Of a stretch of DNA of 24,000 bases, positions 1 through 8,596 are shown in pieces. Origin of the DNA: Trichlorobacter lovleyi SZ (GTDB taxonomy: Bacteria; Desulfobacterota; Desulfuromonadia; Geobacterales; Pseudopelobacteraceae); assembly GCF_000020385.1 (NCBI RefSeq), contig NC_010814.1, positions 3,748,553 through 3,772,552 of the forward strand, in the 5' to 3' direction. Made by a program: the position numbers and the translations under genes. Positions within the stretch are counted from its first letter, which is position 1; each line of letters opens with the position of its first letter. The notes below the pieces were generated by a model that worked only from the letters and a program-made list of their open reading frames with translations, had not been told where the DNA came from and ran no database searches.

Positions 1-60
1 TGGTTTCTTGTCCCGGTGGTAAGCCTGGCGGATTTTACGGATGGATTCCACTAGCAGCAT
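1..60 (-). CDS. istA: IS21-family transposase IstA, N-terminal fragment cut by the window edge
   Basis: The minus strand from 60 reads MLLVESIRKIRQAYHRDKKP, resembling IstA N-termini. AGGAG abuts this ATG, so a GTG slightly downstream (51) is an alternative start. Confidence 0.55.
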   Translation of the reverse strand, partial: MLLVESIRKIRQAYHRDKKP

Positions 61-260
61 CTCCTTTCAAAGCTCCTCTCTCTGGATGATGCCAAAGAGA
101 ATGGAGGAGGTGCTGAGGTGGGTCAATTTTGGACGCCGATTACACCCGAAAGTGGGTCAATATTGCATGCCGATTCACATGCGAGGCGCTGCAAAGCGCC
201 TCTGCTATTTTCAGGCCTCCAAAACCACTGATTGCGAATCAGCACCCCAAAACTGGCACT
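61..260 (-). mobile_element. IS21-like terminal region upstream of istA; exact outer end not resolved
   Basis: Two direct repeats lie upstream of istA: GTGGGTCAATTTTGGACGCCGATT (118-141) and GTGGGTCAATATTGCATGCCGATT (152-175), 21/24 identical. A degenerate inverted copy lies at about 237-259. Multiple terminal repeats are typical of IS21 ends. Confidence 0.5.
118..175. repeat. Two 24-bp direct repeats with 34-bp period, probable IS21 transposase-binding repeats
   Basis: Direct comparison of 118-141 and 152-175 shows 3 mismatches in 24 positions. Confidence 0.75.
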
Positions 261-668
261 CTTTTCCGCTGCCGGGGAGCCACGTCACATCATAGGCCAA
301 TACGGAAAACAGTCAGTTATTTCCTATCCTTCCATTTCTCCGCACTCAGAAAAAGTTGATTCGTAACCAAACCTCGGGGTCTTGTCAGCCCGCATGGAAG
401 AACCCCCAGGAAGGACCCGCACTATATATGGGGGTGCCAAATCAGCAGAACCCAACATATGGAAGCGCATCAAAAAAACAGATCAAGCCGGTTCGCTGCG
501 CAGGTTGTGTGGTTAGTATTCATTCTGGATAGGAGTAGCAGGGGTGTGCTGTGCCTGCCATGTGGCTACGTGAGGCAAACTTAAGGCGCGGGATGCCCTG
601 ATCATCTGGGGCGCGGGGGGAAGTGCGAATAAAAGCCCCTCGGGTGGGGGGCAAGGAAGAGTTACTTA

Positions 669-1100
669 TTATTTTCCGGAATGGTTTTGTTTGTAGATAT
701 CATAAAAATTGACTGGTGGTAACAATAGAGGCGTAAACCCACCCCGCCTGGTTAGATCAGCAACCACTTCACGCAGGAATGGAAAAAGAATTGAAGCGCA
801 GTTGATCTCTGCAACATGATCAATCTGATCTTTCTCACTGAGTGCAGTTTTGAAGGTAAAGATTCCGCCCATTGACACGTCAAGGCTAAACGGAGAGTTA
901 TCCCCTGATACATTTACCGTGAGAGCAAGATTGATTGAGCTGTTTGATTCCTGCCAGGCGTGTTTAATCGTGATCCTGGTATCAATAGATATTTCTTCTT
1001 GTGAATCAACTCGCTGGTTTGCAGTAAAGTTGGCCGACAGCACGCGATAATCTGTCAGACTGAACTGATACATCTCTGGCGTTTGTTTAACCTTGGGCAT
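669..1100 (-). CDS. SecB-like chaperone, third gene of the toxin-antitoxin cassette
   Basis: The protein from Met at 1100 (MPKVKQTPEMYQFSLTDYRV...) contains INCASILFPFLREVVADLTRRGGFTPLLLPPVNFYDIY. This matches the C-terminal SecB signature (FPYAREx2SxLxxRGxFPxLxLxPVNFxxLY). Its start overlaps the 3' end of the antitoxin gene. The longer ORF start at 1184 is unlikely. Confidence 0.85.
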   Translation of the reverse strand: MPKVKQTPEMYQFSLTDYRVLSANFTANQRVDSQEEISIDTRITIKHAWQESNSSINLALTVNVSGDNSPFSLDVSMGGIFTFKTALSEKDQIDHVAEINCASILFPFLREVVADLTRRGGFTPLLLPPVNFYDIYKQNHSGK

Positions 1101-1434
1101 GACGATATACCTGTTGATCACGGACTGCTCGATAAGCGATGCTAACAACTTTTGAAACAGCCTCAGAGACAGGCTCCACTGCAAGAGTTGGGGTAAACTT
1201 CAATCCTACAGCCCTTGAAAGCATGACCATGCTCTCAATCGTAAGGTTGGCATCCCCAGACATGACTTTAGTGATATAAGCGGGGCTTTTACCGATACGC
1301 CGTGCCAAATCCGACTTAGAAACACCCTTCTCGGTCATAGCCTTGTTAAGTGAAGTAACGAATTCAAGCTTGGCCATTTCAGCCCAAAATTCATTACTCT
1401 GCATATCTTGCTTTATCAGTTTAACAACTGACAT
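1087..1434 (-). CDS. HigA-like XRE/HTH antitoxin with C-terminal extension
   Basis: HTH core FVTSLNKAMTEKGVSKSDLARRIGKSPAYITKVMSGDANLTIESMVMLSRAVG. AGGAGG at the end of the upstream toxin gene is about 9 nt from the ATG. Confidence 0.85.
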   Translation of the reverse strand: MSVVKLIKQDMQSNEFWAEMAKLEFVTSLNKAMTEKGVSKSDLARRIGKSPAYITKVMSGDANLTIESMVMLSRAVGLKFTPTLAVEPVSEAVSKVVSIAYRAVRDQQVYRHAQG

Positions 1435-1439
1435 TTTGA

Positions 1440-1853
1440 TTACCCTCCTGGAAGTTCTGTTACATTACTTCTGGCTTTTTGCAGCCGATAGTCACGCAAA
1501 GCCTCAGTTGCATGCCTAATAACTGCCAGCGGTGTCTTCTGGGTTTTCTTTACAAAGGCATGGCAGCACGCAACAATCTTGCCTTCATCGTAAAACCATA
1601 CCACTCTAATATGCCCTTTTCTGAACTGCCAAATATCAGTTGCAATTGTGTGACATATTTCAGGTGGCAAAAGTCTCGGACCATTTAACGCCACATAGGC
1701 AAATAGCCTCCTGATCGCCACGCCATCTTTTTCATAATTTGTAGGAAGGCTGGAAAGGAAATCATCAACCTGACATTCCGTTTGGCTTTCGCAGGTAGCA
1801 ACAACCTTCCAGGTGCTATTTAATTCGGTAGGTATCAGGCTTTTTATGAACAC
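1440..1853 (-). CDS. Phage-derived Gp49-like / HigB-RelE-superfamily toxin
   Basis: VDDFLSSLPTNYEKDGVAIRRLFAYVALNGPRLLPP...IWQFRKGHIRVVWFYDEGKIVACCHAFVKKTQKTPLAVIRHATEALRDY fits the Gp49-like toxin family. Start is GTG at 1853, immediately upstream of the HTH gene. Confidence 0.85.
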   Translation of the reverse strand: MFIKSLIPTELNSTWKVVATCESQTECQVDDFLSSLPTNYEKDGVAIRRLFAYVALNGPRLLPPEICHTIATDIWQFRKGHIRVVWFYDEGKIVACCHAFVKKTQKTPLAVIRHATEALRDYRLQKARSNVTELPGG

Positions 1854-1858
1854 TTTTA

Positions 1859-1897
1859 ACCTATAGGTAAAATATCATTGTTAACTATTTTCTTCAA
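1859..1897 (-). promoter_or_regulatory. Candidate sigma70-like promoter and autoregulatory operator of the toxin-antitoxin-chaperone operon
   Basis: Minus strand reads TTGAAG (1897-1892), 17-nt spacer, TATTTT (1874-1869), followed immediately by the perfect palindrome ACCTATAGGT (1868-1859), 5 bp before the GTG start. Confidence 0.5.
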
Positions 1898-1989
1898 CCG
1901 CACATATCGGTATTTTCAAGGGCGACACCACAACATATAGATGCACTTTTTTGACAAGACATGCACTAGAGCATAACTTCAATTATGGA

Positions 1990-3219
1990 TTATGCAAGCA
2001 CTTTACTTTTCTCTGGGGTCGCCAATTCGCCAGCGATCAGTTCCGTGATCCTGTCTGCAATTTTCTGCATCGGCTCACGCAACCGCTCCGTTGTGATCTG
2101 GATATACCCACCGGTGACATCATTCCCCATGCTGTGATTCAACAGCGCCTTCAGGCTGTAATGCGGCACGTCCAGGCCTTCAGCAATGGTGATGAAGGTG
2201 CGTCGCAGATCATGGAAACAGAACTGAACGCCAGATGCTGCGATTATATCCCGCTTGTAATTATCAGGATTACTCAGGAATGGTGCCGGGTGCTTGCCAG
2301 GAAAAATATATTCGTTCTCATACCCAGCCGCCCGGCGCTTCAACAGCAGCTTGTAGAGCTGCTCTGACATCGGCATGGTCACCTGATCATCTTCCGGCTT
2401 TTCACCCCGCTTCTTTTCAGGGGTAAAGGTAAAGGCCTTCCTCTTAAAATCAATATCAGACCATTTCAGTCGGGCCGCTTCATTACGCCTTAAACCGGTG
2501 TAGAGCAGCAACAGCATGTAATCCCGGCCCTTGGGGTTGTCGTAAGCATTCACCGCCTTAAACCATATTGGCAGGTCTTCAGGCTTGATAAAGGTGATGC
2601 GGCGCTTCTTCTTGGCCCAATCCCGTTCACGCACTTCCCGCACACCATCGACAGGGTTTCTGTGAATAACACCAGGGTGCAAGGCCAGCCCAAACCGGAA
2701 AAGGCTTCTAAGCAGCTTCACAGCGTTAATTGCCTGTGACTTGCCGTTGGTGATCTCCATCAGCTCCAGACGCTCCAGGACCATACTGCCGGTGATAGTG
2801 TCCGCTGGTAGTGTCAACCAGTCCTTGAAGTGATTCTCCATCCAGGCGGCATATTGCCGTATTGTTGCCGGGGCCAAGGTCTTCTTGGTAGACATATATT
2901 GACGGTGAAGGTCTGCAACGGTTATTGTCACTAACTTAGGTTGCCGGTCAGGGTGTGGATTAATGCCCTCTTTAAGCTTTTGAAGGTAGCCAGTAGCCTG
3001 TGCTCTGGCCTGTTCGCAGGTATAGAGACCAAAGGCCCCAATATGTATGAACGGCTTCTTGCTGGTGCCCCGCTGCCGAGCACGCACAAAAAAGGTCAAA
3101 GCCTCTTTTGTTGCCCTGACACCAAAACCGGCAAGCTCAGTATCAAAGTAATCAACCTGTCCAGCTGTCGGCTTGACTATCTCTTTCAGGTTGGCTTTGG
3201 TGATTTTTAGGCTTGGCAT
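1990..3219 (-). CDS. Tyrosine recombinase/integrase with P4-like arm-binding N-terminus
   Basis: Starts MPSLKITKANLKEIVKPTAGQVDYFDTELAGFGVRAT. Catalytic motifs are present: TGLRRNEAARLKW, FHDLRRTFITIAE, LLNHSMG and GGYIQ. The ORF upstream of Met 3219 lacks family character. Confidence 0.9.
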   Translation of the reverse strand: MPSLKITKANLKEIVKPTAGQVDYFDTELAGFGVRATKEALTFFVRARQRGTSKKPFIHIGAFGLYTCEQARAQATGYLQKLKEGINPHPDRQPKLVTITVADLHRQYMSTKKTLAPATIRQYAAWMENHFKDWLTLPADTITGSMVLERLELMEITNGKSQAINAVKLLRSLFRFGLALHPGVIHRNPVDGVREVRERDWAKKKRRITFIKPEDLPIWFKAVNAYDNPKGRDYMLLLLYTGLRRNEAARLKWSDIDFKRKAFTFTPEKKRGEKPEDDQVTMPMSEQLYKLLLKRRAAGYENEYIFPGKHPAPFLSNPDNYKRDIIAASGVQFCFHDLRRTFITIAEGLDVPHYSLKALLNHSMGNDVTGGYIQITTERLREPMQKIADRITELIAGELATPEKSKVLA

Positions 3220-3232
3220 AGTAGCCCCCTGT

Positions 3233-3265
3233 AGTGTCCAACTCAGTGACCCAAAAGTGGACACT
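3233..3265. repeat. 8-bp inverted repeat upstream of the integrase
   Basis: AGTGTCCA (3233-3240) and TGGACACT (3258-3265) are perfect complements separated by 17 nt. Confidence 0.6.
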
Positions 3266-3349
3266 GTGACAAAAACACAGTAACAAATGAGCATACTCTA
3301 TGCAACAGCTTTCAAGTGAATATCATATGTTAGACAACACCATCACACT

Positions 3350-6300
3350 ATGAAAATCAAACGACTTGAGATAGCCGGGTTTAAATCGTTTGCCGATAAG
3401 GTGGTACTGGATTTCCAGCAGGGGGTGACCGGCGTGGTAGGCCCCAACGGCTGCGGCAAATCCAACATTGTGGATGCGATGCGCTGGTGTATGGGGGAGC
3501 AATCCGCCAAGAACCTGCGCGGCAAGGCGATGGAAGACATCATCTTTGCAGGCAGCGACAGCAGGAAACCGTTGGGGATGGCAGAGGTTTCGCTTGTTTT
3601 TTCCACCGAAGACGGACGCGCCCCGGCCAAATATCTGGAATTTAGCGAGATACAGCTGACCCGTCGCCTCTATCGTGATGGCGAGAGTGAATACCTGATC
3701 AACAAGACCCCCTGCCGCCTGCTGGATATCTCGGAGCTGTTCATGGATACCGGGGTGGGCACCAAGGCCTATTCAATCATCGAGCAAGGCAAGATCGGCC
3801 AGATTCTGCATTCACGTCCTGAAGAACGGCGCCTGCTGATTGAAGAGGCCGCCGGCGTTACCAAATACAAGACCAGAAAACAGCTTGCCCTGAAAAAGAT
3901 CGAAGCCACCCGCCAGAACCTGCTGCGGCTGGCAGATGTACTCGGCGAGATCAAGCGACAGCTCAACAGCCTGCAGCGCCAAGCCAAAAAGGCGGAAAAA
4001 TTCCGGGAATACCGTGAAGAGCTGCGGGAGATCGACCTGCAGTTCACCCTGCACCAGGCCTCAACGCTGCAGCACGATCAGCACCAGGCCGAGCAGCAGC
4101 TGGCGGAACTGAAAAACCGGATGCAGGAGATAGTAACGGCAGCCGACACAGCAGACAATCAGGTGGAACTGCAGCGCCTGGCCATGCTGGAAGCCGAAAA
4201 GGCATTAAACATCCAACAGGAAGAACAGTTCCGGTTTCGCAGCGAAGCCGCTGCCTGTGAAAGCGACCTGAACTTCTGCCGCAAAGAGCGCGACGCCATT
4301 GCAGAACGGCTGACCAGACTGGTGGCCGAGCTTCAAACCATCTCCCTGCAGAGAGATGCACTTGCAACAGAACTGACCAACCTGCTCCAGCTGCAGCAGA
4401 CGACCGGCAGTGATCTGCTTACGGCGGAAACAGAACTGGCCGGCCTGCTTGAGGGTCATAAAGAACAGGAACAGCGCTATGAAGAGCTGAACCGGCAGCT
4501 TGATGCAAAACGCAGAGAGCTGTTCAGCGCAACCGGTGAGGCAACCCACTGCCGTACCCGTCATGAACAGGCACAGAAACGCCTGGTCATGCTGGCAGAG
4601 CGCCTTGAACGCCACACACGGGAAGAAGCCCAGCTGATTGAAAAGCAGGCCGAAAACGCAGCCAGCCACACAAAGGTTGAAGCGGAATGGCGGCACTGCA
4701 CCCTTGAGCATCAAGCGGCAACAACCGAGCTTGCTCGGCTTACCGAGCAGGAGCGGGTGCTGAAGGCGCAGCTGCCCGAGCTGGAACAGCTGGTGCAGAA
4801 CCGTCGTGATGCCTTGAGTCAAAACCGCTCCCGCCTGACATCACTACAGGAGCTTGAGGCCCAGTTTGCCGGCTACGGTCAGGGGGTACGTCTTTTAATG
4901 ACGGAATCACCGCTGCGGAGCCGCTTCGGAGGATTGCTGGCCGACAACCTGCTGGTGCCCGAGGAGTACGAGGTTGCTGTTGAGGCGGTACTGGCTGAAC
5001 GTCTGCAAACAATCCTGTGCGGATCAGAGCAGGAACTGATCAGCTCAATCCAGTATCTTCGACAGCACTCTGCAGGACGCGCCCAGCTGACCTTTCCCGC
5101 CGGCAACACACCACCCCGCACCACCAGTGAGATTATCGGTGCACCAGACCTCCTCTCGCTGGTGGAGGTCAATGACAATGCCAGGCTGCCGGTACAGCGG
5201 ATGCTTGCCCAGGTGCTCCTGGCGAACAGTCTTGAAGAGGCCCTGGCCTATTCCCGCCGCTATCCGGAACAGACCTTTGTCACCAGAGAGGGTGATGTTG
5301 TTGCACCCGACGGCACTGTCAGCGGCGGTTCAGTCGAGACCGCCCAGAATGGTATCATCCATAAAAAACGTGAAATCAGGTCGCTCGAGCTGCCGGTGGA
5401 AAACCTGCTGGCCGAACTGGAATCCTGCGAGTCCGAGCGGGACCGGGTACGCGCCGATCTGCAGGGTGCGGCTCAAGAACTGCTGCAGGCACGCAGCAAC
5501 CTGCATCAGCTCGATCTGACCCTGACAGGGCTGGTCAAGGACCGGCAGCAACTTGAGGCTCAGTCGGCCCAGCTTGCTGAACGACTCAAGCTGTTAGTGC
5601 TTGAACGTTCCACGCTTGACGAAGAGCAGTGCCTACTGCAGGAAGAACAGAAAAGCGCCGCGATCGGCCAGGAGGCTGCAGAACTTCAGGCCAGACAACT
5701 TGAGCAGGAATCCCGCGGCATTACTGCCGAGATCGAGGGGCAGCGCCTGATCCTGGCTACGGCACGCGAGACCCTGACCACACAACGGGTCACCGTTGCC
5801 ACCCTCCGGGAGCAGGGCGAGGCCCATCAGCGCACCAGGGCCTCCCTTACAGCCCAACTGGATGAGCATGAGCGCAGAATCAAAAACGGTGCGGACGAAC
5901 AGGAGCAATCCGAGAACAACCGCCAAGAGCTGCATAACCGGATAGAATCCGAGGAGATCCGTCTTGCAGCCCTGCTTGAACAGCAACGCCGGCAGGATGA
6001 ACTGCTGCTGCTTGTCAGAAAACAGTACGAGACAGCGGCAGCAGAGCTAACCACGGCAGAACATGATGCACGCCTGCGTCGCGACGAACGCGAGGCGATC
6101 CGCCAGCTGCATGCCGACCTGTCGCTGAAGGTCTCATCGCTCACCCTGCAGCGGGAACACCTTGAGCAGTCCCTGCAAGACCGCCACCGGATCGGCCTGT
6201 CCGAGGTGCGGGAGCGCCTGGGTGAACAGACGCTGGACCCTGTGGTTGCGCGGGTCCGCCAGACCGACCTTGAACGGCTGATCGACGAGTTGGGTGAAGT

Positions 6301-6883
6301 TAACCTGATGGCCATCGAAGAGTATGCCGGCATGGAACAGCGCTATGATTTTCTTGCCTCGCAGAAATCAGACCTTGAAGAATCGCTGCAGGATCTGCAA
6401 CAGGCGATCCACCGCATCAACCGCACCACCCGCAAACGCTTCCTTGAGGCCTTTACCCTGATCAACGAAAAGTTCCAGGAGGTCTTTCCACGTCTGTTCT
6501 GCGGCGGCCGGGCAGAGCTGAAGCTGACCGACGAGCAGGATCTGCTGGAGACCGGTATCGACATCATCGTCCAGCCTCCCGGCAAAAAGCTGGCCAATGT
6601 GATGCTGCTGTCAGGAGGCGAAAAGGCGCTGACCGCTGTTGCCTTGATCTTCTCGATCTTTTTGATCAAGCCGACGCCGTTCTGTCTGCTTGACGAGGTT
6701 GATGCCCCGCTGGACGATGCAAACATCGGGCGTTTCAACGACATGGTGCGTGAGATGAGCGCCATATCCCAATTCATCATTATCACGCACAACAAAACCA
6801 CCATGGCGGTTGCCGACACACTGTACGGCGTCACCATGGAAGAGCCGGGGGCGTCGCGACTGGTGTCTGTACGATTGCATTAG
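3350..6883 (+). CDS. smc: Chromosome segregation protein SMC
   Basis: N-terminus MKIKRLEIAGFKSFADKVVLDF...GPNGCGKSNIVDAMRW (Walker A), long coiled coils, and C-terminal LSGGEKALTAVALIFSIF...PFCLLDEVDAPLDDAN. Confidence 0.98.
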   Translation: MKIKRLEIAGFKSFADKVVLDFQQGVTGVVGPNGCGKSNIVDAMRWCMGEQSAKNLRGKAMEDIIFAGSDSRKPLGMAEVSLVFSTEDGRAPAKYLEFSEIQLTRRLYRDGESEYLINKTPCRLLDISELFMDTGVGTKAYSIIEQGKIGQILHSRPEERRLLIEEAAGVTKYKTRKQLALKKIEATRQNLLRLADVLGEIKRQLNSLQRQAKKAEKFREYREELREIDLQFTLHQASTLQHDQHQAEQQLAELKNRMQEIVTAADTADNQVELQRLAMLEAEKALNIQQEEQFRFRSEAAACESDLNFCRKERDAIAERLTRLVAELQTISLQRDALATELTNLLQLQQTTGSDLLTAETELAGLLEGHKEQEQRYEELNRQLDAKRRELFSATGEATHCRTRHEQAQKRLVMLAERLERHTREEAQLIEKQAENAASHTKVEAEWRHCTLEHQAATTELARLTEQERVLKAQLPELEQLVQNRRDALSQNRSRLTSLQELEAQFAGYGQGVRLLMTESPLRSRFGGLLADNLLVPEEYEVAVEAVLAERLQTILCGSEQELISSIQYLRQHSAGRAQLTFPAGNTPPRTTSEIIGAPDLLSLVEVNDNARLPVQRMLAQVLLANSLEEALAYSRRYPEQTFVTREGDVVAPDGTVSGGSVETAQNGIIHKKREIRSLELPVENLLAELESCESERDRVRADLQGAAQELLQARSNLHQLDLTLTGLVKDRQQLEAQSAQLAERLKLLVLERSTLDEEQCLLQEEQKSAAIGQEAAELQARQLEQESRGITAEIEGQRLILATARETLTTQRVTVATLREQGEAHQRTRASLTAQLDEHERRIKNGADEQEQSENNRQELHNRIESEEIRLAALLEQQRRQDELLLLVRKQYETAAAELTTAEHDARLRRDEREAIRQLHADLSLKVSSLTLQREHLEQSLQDRHRIGLSEVRERLGEQTLDPVVARVRQTDLERLIDELGEVNLMAIEEYAGMEQRYDFLASQKSDLEESLQDLQQAIHRINRTTRKRFLEAFTLINEKFQEVFPRLFCGGRAELKLTDEQDLLETGIDIIVQPPGKKLANVMLLSGGEKALTAVALIFSIFLIKPTPFCLLDEVDAPLDDANIGRFNDMVREMSAISQFIIITHNKTTMAVADTLYGVTMEEPGASRLVSVRLH

Positions 6884-6940
6884 ACAGGCTGTTCTGCTAT
6901 TTAATGAGGATATTTCCTGCGTATCTGCAAGGAGTTTTCC

Positions 6941-7297
6941 ATGCCGTTTCATGCCATACTGAAAGAGCTGGTGGATGCCGTCCCCGGTGCCGTGGGTGCC
7001 ATTCTGGTAGACTGGGAGGGCGAGGCGGTACAGGAATACTGCCACTGCGACTCCTACGATATACGCTTTGTCGGCGCCCACAAGGGAATTATACTGTCAC
7101 GGCTGCGTGAGACCCATGCCGAAAGCCAGGGGGGCGAGATCGAAGATGTGGTGATCACCTCGGAGCGCCAGGTCCTGCTGATCGGCACGGTAGACCCGGA
7201 TTACTCACTGGTACTGCAGACAGAGAGGACCTGTCCGGCCGGTCTGGCACGCCACCATTTCAACAATGCGTTGACACGCTTGAAGAAGGAGCTTTGA
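6941..7297 (+). CDS. Roadblock/LC7-domain protein
   Basis: MPFHAILKELVDAVPGAVGAILVDWEGEAVQEY... resembles small roadblock/LC7 proteins. It overlaps the ftsY start. Confidence 0.7.
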   Translation: MPFHAILKELVDAVPGAVGAILVDWEGEAVQEYCHCDSYDIRFVGAHKGIILSRLRETHAESQGGEIEDVVITSERQVLLIGTVDPDYSLVLQTERTCPAGLARHHFNNALTRLKKEL

Positions 7298-8325
7298 TGT
7301 CTGAAGAGCGGAAAGGGTTTTTGCGGGGGATGTTTGAACGGGCAACCGGAGCCGCTCCCCAGGAGTTACAAACCGAACAGCCCCCTGCAGACGAATCCCG
7401 GAATAAGCCGGGCCTGTTTGAACGCCTCAAGGCAGGCCTGAAAAAGACCACCGACGGCCTGGTGGGCCGGATCGATGCGCTGGTACTCGGCAAAAAGGAG
7501 ATTGATGCCGACACCCTGGAGGAGCTGGAAGAGATCCTGATCACATCCGATATCGGGGTCAAGACCACGGTAGAGCTGATCCGCAGCCTGGAGCAGCGCC
7601 TCTCACGCAATGAACTGAAAGATGGTGCCGCCTTGCGCGGTGCCTTGAAAGACGAACTGCTGGCACGCCTGCTGGCACACCATACCCCGCTGCGGCTTGA
7701 GGGAACGGCACCGTTTACCATCCTGGTCGTAGGGGTCAACGGCGTCGGCAAGACCACCACCATCGGCAAGCTGGCCGCCAAATACGCTGCTGAAGGCCGC
7801 AAGGTACTGCTGGCGGCAGGAGACACCTTCCGTGCCGCTGCAGCAGAGCAGCTTGAAATTTGGGGCGACCGGGCAGGGGTGTCCGTTATCCGCCATCAGG
7901 AGGGTGCCGACCCGTCGGCAGTTGCCTTTGATGCCTGCAAGGCTGCGGTCAGCCGTGGCACCGAGATCCTGATTATCGACACGGCCGGACGGTTACACAC
8001 CAAGGTCAACCTGATGGAAGAGATGAAGAAGATCCATCGTGTTATCGGACGTGAAATCCCCGGGGCCCCCCACGAAACGCTGCTGGTACTTGATGGCGCC
8101 ACCGGCCAGAACGCCCTTTCCCAGGCCCGGCTCTTTAAGGAGTCTGCCGGGGTGACCGGCATTGCCCTGACCAAGCTGGATGGCACTGCCAAAGGCGGTA
8201 TTGTGGTGGCGGTTTCCCATGAATTCGGCCTGCCTGTCCGCTTTATCGGGGTAGGCGAAGGTATTGACGACCTGCGCGAATTTGAACCCAACGAGTTTGT
8301 GGATGCCCTCTTCCAAACCTCATAA
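7297..8325 (+). CDS. ftsY: Signal recognition particle receptor FtsY
   Basis: [64 protein letters not shown] and [12 protein letters not shown] are all present. ATG at 7297; an in-frame TTG at 7294 is also possible. Confidence 0.98.
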   Translation: MSEERKGFLRGMFERATGAAPQELQTEQPPADESRNKPGLFERLKAGLKKTTDGLVGRIDALVLGKKEIDADTLEELEEILITSDIGVKTTVELIRSLEQRLSRNELKDGAALRGALKDELLARLLAHHTPLRLEGTAPFTILVVGVNGVGKTTTIGKLAAKYAAEGRKVLLAAGDTFRAAAAEQLEIWGDRAGVSVIRHQEGADPSAVAFDACKAAVSRGTEILIIDTAGRLHTKVNLMEEMKKIHRVIGREIPGAPHETLLVLDGATGQNALSQARLFKESAGVTGIALTKLDGTAKGGIVVAVSHEFGLPVRFIGVGEGIDDLREFEPNEFVDALFQTS

Positions 8326-8416
8326 CCAGCACGGCACGGACGCCCCCATGCAAATGGGCCTTGACTTTATTCAGGAAAATCAATACATTATTGCACCTTC
8401 AGAAGGAGACATCGTC

Positions 8417-8593
8417 GTGGAAGCAGAACTTTTTGAAAAACTTGAAGAAAAAATCAGCACCCTGTTGTCCAACTATGCGGCCCTCAAGGAAGAAAAGCGG
8501 ATGCTGGCTGAAGAAAACGCACGTCTGCAGCAGGAGCGTGAAGGGCTGAAAGGACGCATTGATAGCATACTGAGTAGACTTGAAGGCGTGTAA
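8417..8593 (+). CDS. zapB: ZapB-like short coiled-coil cell-division protein
   Basis: VEAELFEKLEEKISTLLSNYAALKEEKRMLAEENARLQQEREGLKGRIDSILSRLEGV is a short coiled coil directly before zapA. The GTG at 8417 is preceded by AAGGAG, which supports it over the 8264 start that overlaps ftsY. Confidence 0.7.
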   Translation: MEAELFEKLEEKISTLLSNYAALKEEKRMLAEENARLQQEREGLKGRIDSILSRLEGV

Positions 8594-8596
8594 GGG

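Noticed and set aside
669-1184. Full-length 171-aa start for the SecB-like gene
   Set aside because: The extra 28 residues overlap the antitoxin C-terminus and lack SecB character. Met at 1100 leaves a natural coupled start.
3769-6837. Several ORFs on either strand inside smc (for example 4205-4822 minus, 5827-6333 minus, 6343-6837 minus)
   Set aside because: They overlap a fully supported smc gene, show no recognisable families, and are typical shadow ORFs in GC-rich DNA.
8264-8593. 109-aa version of the zapB-like ORF
   Set aside because: The first part overlaps the ftsY end and has no coiled-coil character. The GTG at 8417 has a strong Shine-Dalgarno sequence.
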